The notes under the pieces are model-generated. The model was not told where the DNA came from. It searched no databases and saw only the letters and a program-made list of their open reading frames with translations. Shown piece after piece: positions 15,501-26,300 of a stretch of DNA of 64,000 nucleotides. Both the position numbers and the translations under genes were made by a program. Source of the DNA: Phoronis australis (lineage: Eukaryota > Animalia > Phoronida). The first letter of the stretch is position 1, and each line of letters opens with the position of its first letter. Location: positions 1 through 64,000 of the forward strand of contig NMRA01000799.1 in assembly GCA_002633005.1 (NCBI GenBank), written 5' to 3'.

Positions 15501-16115
15501 TTGAATTAATTTGTGCCTGACAAGGGCTGCTCTCATTGTATGCTGCCGGAGAGTTCAGAAGGATTGAGACTGATCAAGTCCACAGCCAGGTAACAAATTT
15601 CGAAGTGCGTAGTATCTCACAGAGTTATGTAAACCTTATTTTTGTTATCTTAGTTTTTAATTTTGAAATTTGAATATTATTTGACCGGGTCCACAACATC
15701 AAAATGACGTCATTTAAGCGAGTTTCATTGGTCAGCTCATGGATATACGTTGTGTAAAACTGAAGACGTCCGGCTTATGTGTATCGTGATTACGGTGCTA
15801 TGATGGCACGGATGTCTTTCAATGCGGCTCTCATCCGTTGCCTCTGTTCTAAAGAAAAAGGATGAGAATTAAACACTAGTTGTCAAGTCAGACGCATTAC
15901 ACGGTCAAGAAATTTTCACAGCCAGTCAACGGCAAGGTGTGTTTGCCCAGTTGATGGTGGGGGCCACGATTAGAGATTAAATTGTTGCTCGTCATTTACT
16001 TAAACTGACATTGAACAAGCAATAATTTTCAGCAATTCCTTTTTTGTAGCAAACCCAAATGCCACGTCTCCTGCTCCATCTACGACTATACCACCAACGA
16101 CAACAGCACCCCCAG
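391..16115 (+). CDS. LRP-like unit 1 (5' incomplete): end of YWTD propeller 3, EGF, propeller 4, EGF, CCP/sushi, Pro/Thr linker; 11 exons
   Basis: Chain of GT-AG exons with matching phases (2-0,0-1,1-1,[1]-0,0-1,1-2,2-1,1-1,1-1,1-1,1-1); YWTD-like and EGF cysteine motifs. Confidence 0.85.
1636..1804 (+). CDS. Exon: last blade of propeller 3 (DFSPIIAK...VYDIATYSLTNQPRLK)
   Basis: tttcag acceptor, AAG|gtgcat donor, open frame, phase 0-1 links its neighbours; terminal Y-x4-QP typical of YWTD propeller end. Confidence 0.8.
2622..2756 (+). CDS. Exon A (copy 1): EGF-like domain [16 protein letters not shown]...[12 protein letters not shown]
   Basis: 6-Cys LRP-type EGF; phase 1-1; paralogues at 45028 and 57774. 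Confidence 0.9.
3014..3171. mobile_element. Short hAT-like MITE
   Basis: CAGGG...CCACTG ends with G/C runs; absent from the paralogous intron near 45350; no clear TSD. Confidence 0.4.
3878..3958. repeat. Short tandem array of ~16-17 bp (cttcggactagtgaac-like)
   Basis: 4-5 degenerate units seen directly. Confidence 0.55.
4013..4077 (+). CDS. Exon B (copy 1), 5' part lost at assembly join N4012 ([11 protein letters not shown]...KVSAFK)
   Basis: Homologous to the 3' part of exons 45688-45788 and 58688-58788; AAG|gtaacc donor. Confidence 0.75.
5559..5694 (+). CDS. Exon C (copy 1): propeller 4 (TNPTEMMTKTVY...LFWIDG)
   Basis: cttcag acceptor, CAG|gtatat donor, 136 nt as in copies 2 and 3. Confidence 0.85.
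6063..6234 (+). CDS. Exon D (copy 1): propeller 4 (SDLAFD...LYVVDS...[11 protein letters not shown])
   Basis: YWTD-like blade, 172 nt, phase 1-2. Confidence 0.9.
6270..7227. other. Assembly gap
   Basis: Run of N. Confidence 1.
7879..8045 (+). CDS. Exon E (copy 1): propeller 4 ([18 protein letters not shown]...YDPNTPLD)
   Basis: tttcag acceptor, T|gtgagt donor, 167 nt, phase 2-1. Confidence 0.85.
9063..9320 (+). CDS. Exon F (copy 1): propeller 4 end (SIYFVDRS...PSGLTVVDNNIYVT...)
   Basis: 258 nt, phase 1-1, paralogues at 53471 and 61746. Confidence 0.9.
11410..11550 (+). CDS. Exon G (copy 1): EGF-like domain ([14 protein letters not shown]...CGCPDN)
   Basis: Canonical NGGCSH.C EGF; caacag acceptor, A|gtaaga donor. 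Confidence 0.92.
13760..14054. mobile_element. Degenerate hAT-like MITE
   Basis: gccggatttagaggg...ctagatccgccactg ends with C runs, resembling the element at 40358. Confidence 0.35.
14297..14488 (+). CDS. Exon: CCP/sushi domain (KPDC...GSTCELRCQQGLQKLSGDERRTC...WTGEPLIC)
   Basis: Sushi consensus G-x-x-C-x3-C-x2-G...C...W...P-x-x-C; ttccag acceptor, G|gtgagt donor; phase 1-1. Confidence 0.88.
16050..16115 (+). CDS. Exon: Pro/Thr/Ser linker (ANPNATSPAPSTTIPPTTTAPP)
   Basis: tttgtag acceptor, CAG|gtgagt donor; 66 nt; phase 1-1. Confidence 0.8.
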
Positions 16116-16386
16116 GTGAGTTCAACACCAATTGGTTTCTGCTTAGTTGCTGACCGTGGCGTGGCTATCATCTCTCATCATTATAACGGTGCTATCATTA
16201 AATGACTTTGGTAGAAGCTAATACATGTGAAACATGTCTGCCGTGTTCTCGTTAACACATTAACACATGTTCAGACATGCTTCTTGCTTTTTGACTGATC
16301 GCCCAATGACTTGTGTTGGTCAGTACTGCAATACATGGTGTGTCTGGAACATAATAACACATTCCCTTATATCCGTGTTTATACAG

Positions 16387-16860
16387 CGGACTGGTCATCC
16401 TAAAGATTGTGCCCGTGGCAACAAAAGAAAGCAAACCCACACCAACAACATCTCTGCCTGTAACTGATACTCTTGGTGCAGTCAACAACTACCAGGAATT
16501 GAACAACAACAAAGCCATTGTTTGAGCCACAAATGTTGTCACAAACAATGGAAGGAAAAACAAGGACATCAGAAACAACAACATCAACAACAAAATACAA
16601 TATTAACAACACCAACAACAAGTAAAACAATATTTTCTTCTAGCTGAGTTCACACAACAGAAATACGGATTGTTCTTAAGCTCTCTCGACCCCCCACACC
16701 CTCGACCCACCACTTCCTCGATCCAAAACCCACACAACCAACAACCACCCTCGACCTACGACTCTCTCGACCCACCACTCACAATACTGAAAGCCAGGTT
16801 GGATTCCTTCAGGTTGTCGACTCATCTTCGGCTTCCTGGGTCTGACTGGTATTAAGAACA
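16387..16860 (+). pseudogene. Possible terminal exon (ADWSS*) followed by decayed Thr-rich mucin-like sequence
   Basis: atacag acceptor; phase-1 frame stops at 16401-16403; other frames give KPTPTTSLPVTDT / TRTSETTTSTTK with stops; AATAAA at 17050. Confidence 0.35.
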
Positions 16861-19045
16861 ACGTTTGTATTTTTTGCAAATATGTGATTTGATTCCGAAA
16901 AATCGAAAGCTAAAACAGAAAAAACGCGACCAAATCAAAGACCTGCCAACGTCACAAATGTCGTTCCTGGTAGAGTGTAATCGGCTCTTCAGGCAGATTC
17001 AAGCCATTTTAGGGAGAGTGCAAGGAACAGACGAATATGGAATTTCGTCAATAAATGCATTTTGAAAAAACAAACTGTTAACTAAAATGGTGTCTCATTG
17101 TTACGTTAAGTCATTATAACATGGAAACCGATCAAAAGATGCGTTGCAAGGGTCAGTGGTTGTTTTAACTCAAACATTCATAAACCAGTCCCGTACTCGT
17201 CTGGACATGGTTGTCTAGTGAAATGAAAACTGTTTAAAACAATGTTTATTGACAAACAATTACCAGACAAACCATCCAGACAACAGTACCGGGTCTGTGA
17301 AATAGTCCTTGTTGAATAGGTTCAGGGTTTTGAATAAAGATCGCTTTGGAATAAGCTCCATGTAAAAACATGCTTTGGAAACAACAAACGTCCGGGCCGT
17401 ATTATGCACCACCAAGAATCATGAGGCACCAGTAGATCCGAATGTTTACCCAAAACAGTTATTATGTTCCCAAACATGAACCAAAGCTTGAAAGAATCAC
17501 TAACCTCGCAAATTTGTGTCACACTTTTTTACCATCGGGGAATGATGACTGATTGCCACTACCATTAACTGGCCATCTGTCCATGATCAAAAGGTCATTG
17601 TTATACAGGTTATTTAATTATACTTGTGGTGTGTTAGAACCATTCACATGAGCATGTACTCGACTGTGGCAACTAATATTTTTTCGGGTAAAATCCTCCA
17701 TCCACCAATGAAGCGTACAATCTGTAAGTGTTCCTATCAAATGAAAACCACAATCAAGCCACCTTAACATTTGCACGACTCTACGACACCCATGTTCACT
17801 CTTCAGTATATTCCTGGTTACACCGTTTTTGCGCACTTCTCGCGCATAATTTTCACTTCTTGCGATAGAAAATGGGTTGGTATTTTGTGCTACGACACGT
17901 AGAAGGTTACGTACTGACACACCTCCAACAAGGACAGGAAGTGCATTGTGTCCATAGTCCTGAAATATTATTCAACACTTATTTACGTACAATTTACGTT
18001 TGTCTTCTCCAAATCAAGGCGTTCTAAATGTTTAAACAGTTTAATTTTTTTCTGCTATATGTCACCCACCTCTGTACACTTCACGAACGCCGCACTGTCA
18101 TTGCTGAAAAGTTCAATCATTGCCGCCCCAAACTGCGTGTTAGTGCTTGCCATAAAACCAACTCTTGCAGACTTCTTGATAAGCTATAACATTTCACGAA
18201 ACCTTAACAACACTGGCTGCTTTGTGTATCTTCTAACGAGACAGAGATATGGTAAATCGCACCAATTTGTGACGTTAAAAATAATTGCCATAATTGATCA
18301 ATATATAAAAGCTATGATCTTGTCTTGAATGCTCATAATTTCTAAGAATAAATTTGTGATGCATAGGGTTTATTTATTGTAATACACATGTAACTACTTC
18401 TCTTTTATGTAAAATGAATATTTAAAACTTGTCAGCCATTTGGCGTCCCAAATTGGTGAGACTTTACCATAGGTTTTTCAGTTTTACTCATTAATGAAAA
18501 ATAGGTCTCAAAATTGTTGACTGGAAGAGGAATAGTCCTTGTATGAATCATACTTTAATTTGTGACTATAGGAAGCTAGCAGAGCACATCTTTTATGTAC
18601 TATCTATGACTGCGCAAAAGTCATTGAATGTGAGGCCGAGACCTGATGGTTTTAATCAACTATTGTAGGAAATATATTGGTCTTGCAAGTATTAACTACA
18701 CTATTATAAATGTGTCCTACATAACGGTCACAAGAAGTATGTGCATCACTTCCCAGAAATCCACGGAATACCTGCTGTTGGCAAAAGTATTTCATATTAC
18801 TCAAGTTGGTTCCAGCTGGTTTGGGGATGGAACTTGGTTTTTCTAACTAGACGTAGTTGATATATGGTGGGCGTCTGCGTGCGTGCGTGGTGCGTGCGTG
18901 CGTGTGTGTGTGTGAGGTTTCTGAGGCCCACTGGTTGAAGGTGAATTTGGAGGCGTAACCATAGAAACGTTCCATTCCATGTATTTCTGAGTCCGCGCAA
19001 ATTTCATTTCCTTCCACGAGTTAACTGTTGTTCATTCTTTCCCAG

Positions 19046-19285
19046 AATATGCATTTGTGTCAGACTCAGACAACAGGATCATCTGGCAAGTGGACCTCAC
19101 TGACACGTCGAAGGCCTTGGTTCATCGCGCGTATACCACCAGTCGCTACAGTCCATCTTATCTCGCCTGTGATACTAAGTCTCAGTATATTTACTGGGTG
19201 GATAACCGTAACATGAATATTAAAAAAATGTCAGTCCAAACGAATGGCACTTCCGGCTATGGTTCTGTCATGTCTTTTTATTACA
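19046..19285 (+). CDS. Exon: propeller 1 start ([12 protein letters not shown]...IYWVDN)
   Basis: cccag acceptor, A|gtaagt donor, phase 1-1. Confidence 0.88.
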
Positions 19286-22200
19286 GTAAGTAACAAATCC
19301 ATGCATGTGGCTTAGATAGAATGTGTATTTAGTTCGCGCAACGTATTGAATCTAATTAGTTCACTCATTTCGAGCTTTGAGGACCAATATCAACAACGCA
19401 ATTTGGTTCATGATTGTACGCCATGGGTGTTGCTCACATTCTATGGGACTTTTGAAAATTGATATTCAAGGTGAGAGAAAGGAGCAACATGTTTACCTTT
19501 ACCGATTAATTTGTGAAATGTTTTCACTAAATTCAATAATTTCAAAACTCAATTCCTCTGGTTTAGCTGTTTGAATACTCCAAATAAAGTCAGTTTCTGC
19601 TTCAAGGTTGGTCTAAAAAGTTTCCTTGTGTTGAATATACTTCATATCTGTTGGCGTGAAGAACACTCAGTTCCACATGCTTATACTTAGCCCATTTCTA
19701 TAGTTCATATTTGGGTGGACATTAAGGTCAGCTTTAAGATCCAAACTTAGTTTTTTATAATATTGAACTAACGTTTATTTGCGAACTTTCAGTGAACACT
19801 TTGGGTGGTCTTGCAATAGATGAAAATGCCCGTCTTGTGTTTTTCACTGATGTGACTGAAAAGAAAATTGGCGTGATAGGTATTCGTAATGGAGCGTCAT
19901 ACTACAGTTTCGTTGCCCAGAACCTGAGCCAGCCGACAGGAATCGCCGTTGATCCTCAGAACAGGTCTGTACATACCGGCCCATGAATCTTATTTGTTAC
20001 TTCCCCATCAGTGAAGGCGTGGTCTATCGAAATTCCATCGCAGCTTATCTTCCAGACTTTTGCACTCAACTCCCCTCTGATAGCGGCTTTGTAGTTACCT
20101 CTAGTGTCACGGTTAAACAGCAGATGAAGTAGTTGATTGGCACTCTTGATTGAATTCATGGGTTGCATGTTACGACAATTAAGGGTTAATGTACAGGAAT
20201 AGATTCTTAACCTAAATTTCCAGTTAATAGGGTGATGAAAAAATTTTGGGTCAATATTTTTACTTTGAGAGGCAAAAGTTGTTGTCCGACAGCTAAAGTT
20301 TCTCCATCACCAAAACCATCAGATACGAGGGATGTGAGGTGTTGATGAAAACGTGACACAAGTGTTTTGAAGGGTCTTGGGTATCTCAGTGCTTGAAACA
20401 ACAAGGTTTAGCCCCTGCATATCTGACAGGGCAACAATATATACCGTGCCTGAGTATGATCGTTTAGTCTTTTTAAATGCCGTATTCGAAAATGATGAAG
20501 TTAAAAAGTGTACTACCGATTAGATGGAGAAGTGAGTGAAATAGTTTTCGTGCTCTATATTTCATTTATTATCTCACATTGTAATTATTTGTGCAATATC
20601 ACATGAGAAGCCAAAGCATGTATTTCGTAAACGTAAATATTACGTCTTGTGCATTTTTCTTGTTCAAAGATGAAGTACTATCTGGCTATGGATATTTGAT
20701 AATAAAGATTCTGTTATCGCCGGAGGTGATTGTATTTTTTGGCGTAGCCCAGCATCCAGGCAGAGTTCATCGATCAATCTGGTTAGCTTGCCAGTTAATT
20801 ATTCTAATGTGAATTGTTCAGTTATTCACAAAAGACCCGAAAATTCCTGTTTAGATCCTCACCATACCCTACGGTATTGGCTTTGGATGTGGGCTTGGTT
20901 ATTGGTGCGGCTATAACAGTGAAAAAGATGCTGATTCTGACAACAGTTGTTAACTCAAGCATCCAGATACATCTACAGTGTATGACTTATGAATAAAGTT
21001 TGGGAATAATTCTATTGTCCTCAGTACTGTAAATGTGAATGTCTCACTTAGGTTTGTGATGTGAACATATCAATGATAATTTAAACTAGTTCTGTTCTTT
21101 TCTGGACTATTCAGTACTAACAACAGAATAATAACGTCAGTCCCGTGTAACTTGAATGTCACAAAGCTATAACTGTTGGTCAGAGGCAGATTCAGAGCAT
21201 TGAAATCGATGGCTTATTAATGGTACTTTATCAGGTTGCTGTACTGGAGTGACCCTCTGAAGCAGACGATCGAGGTGTCGAATTATGATGGAACTAACAG
21301 CAGAGTTGTGCTGCAGGGACAGCTGAATGGAACTAGAGCCATGACGTACGATCAGATAGGTAAGTCACCGCGGACACACTAGGCACGACGACTCGAACTG
21401 TGATTGGTCTCCAGAGGTGGTCTGCAGGTTTATGATCTTTGTGTTGGTCATGTAGTAAATACTTCATGCTACAAATAACAGTGAAAAATTTGCTGATCAC
21501 TCTTATTACATAGCTTGCACTATCACCACACATACCTGTGTTGGGAAGTTCCTCCTATATCCAGACTTCAAGGCATTACTACCCAATGAGATGAATGTAG
21601 CTCAATGCTAATACCACCTAAGACTTATGTGACAAACTAGACTTATCTTTTACAAATGTCACTCAGGGCATAGCCTCCTTTTATAATACTTATCTCACCT
21701 GTTGCTTTATTTTCTCAGTGAAATGTTCTTCCTGACACGGAAACTGTTACAGGAAAATGTAAAAAGTTGTCAGTGCTAAACGTGACCAAGTCGGCAATGT
21801 ACATATACATGTACATATACATATACATATACACGGACACGATTTTAATTATTTGTTTCAGTAGCACGTGGGTTTTTTTAATTTTATAACAATGGATTAA
21901 AAGTCGTGCATTCTGCTCGGGCTGCAAACCTTTGTCCGAATGGTTAGAAGCGAATCAGAAAACGAGCGGTCAGAAAAAAGTTATCAGAATGGCTATTTTT
22001 AGCAGGCAAGCTGCAAACTGCGCAAATGACTGCAGTTAAGACTTTAGAGCAGGATCTTACATTTCACAATTATCATCATCAACCTTGTCATTTTATATCC
22101 ATTTTCGTGATTTCCGTCAGTTTGACGGAAATAATAAAAAGGTGATGTAGGTCAAGTTTGAAAATGGGTCCCATGTTGTGGTCATGATTTACTGTCGGGT

Positions 22201-23314
22201 TTTCCAAGCGAAGTCGACCAGTCAACGATTTATTGCTGACTTGTTGCTGACCGGCCACACAAAAATACCCAACCTGTTCTGTACGGTCTTTGTCTCAGAT
22301 TACTGGTATTTTTATGGCATTCATAAAATTTCAAGCTGGGATAAGTGTGACATGTATATCCACTGGCTAGTCATTGCCTGGTGACTAAGGTGGACACAGG
22401 CATTATGGATTTTTACACGCCCAAAGTGAGGGAAAAGACACATCGTGACTTTAACTCTCAAACATGTAAAGGTGGAAAAGTATGGACAACAGACATAGGT
22501 TTTAAATTTCGGTGTTAGGTGGAGTTGGTGAAAGAATAAATATTGCACCCGCTCAACCAAAGTTTTAGCATGAAGGTTGTGCAGATAGACATGTATTGGA
22601 ACCGGTTGTGCTGTTTTGGATAGTTACACGTATATGCAGCGCTGTGTTTCGATTAATATCACAACTAACAACCTGTCGCGTATTTCAGGACACATTTTGT
22701 ACTGGTGTGATTCTGTAACGCATCGCATCGAGTCGTACGATGTAACACTCTTCAAAAGAAGAGTTGTTGTAGACTTCAAGTCACTGAACAAGACAATTAA
22801 TATGTGTCAACAGATTGCTGTTGATAATGAGAGGATTTATTACATCAGCAGCGAGAATAAGTAAGTGTTCATCTTCAGTTCCCGGGAATGTAGAATCGTT
22901 CGTGCATTTTCTGTGGAGCGAATACCTTGTTGATGGAAACAGGGCAGCGGGGGTGGTGGTGAAACGCCCCGCTGACCAGCAAGTGACGATCCCTTGCTGT
23001 TTAAAGGGTCTAAGCGTTTTATTGCTCCGTTTTTTTATTGTCATTTGTGTATCATTTTTTATCCGTAACTTGGTCTGAAATTTGAGTACTAGCATATGCA
23101 GAGAATTTGATTGTTTATTTACGAATGGCCTATTTTCAAAACTGAGTCTTTCGCAATGTTAAGTGGTCTTGCACTGGAATTCGTCATTGTTTTAGAAGAC
23201 TGCCAGGCGGAAATACTACAAGACATCGGCAGTGCAACAACAGTACGATAATTGTTATTTAAATTCGTTACTTGTTTTGCTTTTTGTGAAGGTAGGTTTG
23301 ATTCACCGCTGATC

Positions 23315-23350
<36 letters not shown>

Positions 23351-26300
23351 TGTGTGTTTGTGTGTGTTCGCGTGTAAGCGTGTGCGTGCGCGCGTGTGTT
23401 TGTGTACATGCTTGCGCATGTGTGTGTGTACATGCGTTAGTGTTTGGTTGTTAAGAAAGTTTCTTCGTTATTTTAGTAAATACATGGTGTTGAACACGTT
23501 ACATGTACGCCATTTACACCCTCCCTCCCATATCTACGTTCTCTACTCTTATTAAAATTGCGATAATTGTGATATTCCCTTTTACCTTTTTCCTACGGTG
23601 TTTAAGATGGAAAATCTATTTAAAGTATTCTATAAACCATGGTTTCACGCTGCTTTCATATTTTGTCATGAAAAAAGTTGTGCCACTTTGTAACTGGTTC
23701 TCACCGGTGCGTGTCACTTTTTCCAGACACATAATGTACGTAAACAAAATGGATGTATCTGACATGGGCCAGCTTGATGATGTTGCAAACTTCGGCAAAC
23801 TTGGTGGCCTGACATTGTGCAAGGATGACCTGTTGTACAAAGGTAATATATCGCGTGTACATTAATGTATAGTTCAACAGCTGAACTGTTCTGTTTCATG
23901 ATGTACTGGCATAATGTAAGATAAATTTTGAACCAAGATGTCTCATCCCATTGGATATTTTTGATGCATGGATCTCCAATTATTAAAAGACTATTCGGGA
24001 TGTCAGTTTGTATTCAATGTGAATTTAACGCTTAGATTATGATGGACAAAAGAATGTCGGGGATGTTTCACCATTTCCCTTTGATTAATAACCCCGTCTT
24101 GTTTTAGCCAAAACCTCTTTACTTGTAAACCTTTGAAAAATAGTATGGCAATTTTATCAGTTATGTTATACCAAAACTGAGCAGTTTTGTTGCATTGTTC
24201 GTGTGCTTGGATAAATAAGATGCTTTGTACTTGTTAATTATTTTTTCTAATGTCTAAAACAATAGTGTGTGCAGTGAGTAAAGATCTTGCAACATGTTTA
24301 CACAGTCCATCTTCACCTGCAGGTCCCACACAGTGTGATGAGAACAATGGTGGATGTCAGTTTATTTGTCTGCCAGTTGGACAGAAGGATGTGAAATGTC
24401 ACTGCACGCATGGACGCAGACTACTGCAAAATGATAAGAACTGCACAATAGGTACGGCGTATGTTTGGTAACGAAAATAGGAAGTGGACAAGCATGGTTA
24501 TAACCAACAGAGGTACAACAAGTGGTGCGGTATATGTGATAACGACTATGAAGTGGTTAAATACAAAGGCATGGAAGGGGGAGAGGTTAAGGAAGGTGAG
24601 AGAGAGAAAGTGCTGAAGGGAATGGCAGCAAGGGATTATGGGTATGAGAGAAAATGGAGGAGAAGAAGGGTATGAGAAGGGGAAGTGGGAGGGCAGGGAT
24701 GGGGAGGGGAAGGAAGTAGGGAGAGTGTTAAATAGTGGGAAATAGATAGACTAGAATAAATTGAGGGGATTGGATTAACAGATGGGGGGAGGTAGATGGA
24801 GGGCCACTCAATGTTTCGTTGCCATTATTGTTTTGTCTAAGGGTCGTGCATAACCAAGGGTCACGTCTCACCAAGGGCTTTTTCACAAATAGTGGCCTAG
24901 CACACCAAGGGCTCTGTCACACCAAGGAGCCTGCCACTCCTAAGGGCCTGTCACATTAAAGGGCCCTTCACACCAAGGCCCTGTTGCACCAAGGAGCTTG
25001 CCACACCTAGGGACCTGTCACATTAAAGGGGCCTGTCACACCAAGTGCTTCTAATCATGTTCCGGAAACCTTACAGTAGCTGTCCAAGCATTGTACAATG
25101 TAAGAAACACGATGGATGGTGACACCGTTCGGAGATCATTGCTTGGCCAAAGCTGCTCATTTCCACTCTTTGTTATGCTGCTTCATGTAATGATGAGCTG
25201 AGTTTGACTGGTGTGGCAGGAACATATGAGGGTAAAGGGAGTTATGATGATCATGATAATTCTGGTAATTTAATCATTTGTTTCATGATAGGTCGCTACA
25301 ACCATGGTACTAGTTTACTGTACAATACGTACACACGGGGCGTCACCCGTATCAATGGGATCGAGTTTCACCCGGACAAATGGTTCGACGCTTGGTACGT
25401 GCCAAGACCATTCTACATGTACGGCTATGGGATGAATCTTTATGACATGGACCTATACTACGCAAAGAAAAGCATAGTGGCATTTGATCGTGATGCAAAA
25501 CGTATTGTATCCATCTCTATGGATGGAACAGAGAAGATAGCCACCATTTTTGACGGTAGGGTTTTTATCACTCTAGTTATAAATCAGTATCGTGGAGGTT
25601 TTTTGGTTAAACTTTGCATCAACAATTCTAGTTTAACCGATAGTACTTACCCATAATGCCGTGCTTTTTCAAGCGTAATTCCGGTGTCAGTTTATATGTT
25701 GTTAATATTTCACTTGCATTTATATTACCATCAAGTTGTCACTACCATTCTGATATTTCTCAGAGTCAAACTGCATCGATGTCCATTGCGCCAAAGACTG
25801 TACTCCGCCCGAGCCCCCCTCGGTGCACGCATCAGTGGTCGGGTGATGTAGTTTTTCACATCCAAAACAAGTTCAGTCATGCTTCACGTGACTTCTCATT
25901 CTCTACTATAGGTACATCCAATGAAGTCCACGGCGTTGCTGTCGACTGGGTGCATGGAAATGTCTATTGGACGGACACTGCTTACAACTGGATCATGATG
26001 GCGAAACTTGAGCCTGACACCATGTTTTACCGAGCTGTAATAGACACCAACCTGGAGAAACCCTGGGGAATTGCAGTGCATCCAATGAAGGGGTAGGTGC
26101 CTGTGGATTTTGGGTGGGGATCGGTTGAAAGGTGAACCCCCCTGCGGGCACAAGCAAAATGTGCCCACGCGTCATCTCGAGATATCACAACGTGTTGTCC
26201 TGGCAATGTGTGGTGTAATCCTACATCCGAGATCTGTGAGGTGACCTCCCTCACGACGTCTAAGATCTGCATTTGAGGTGACTTTCCTTGAGGACTTCCA

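Noticed and set aside
18059-18790. Candidate first exons for unit 2 (ATG ~18059 to donor ~18251; mini-exon at 18757)
   Set aside because: No convincing signal peptide and weak splice context; cannot be supported without transcripts.
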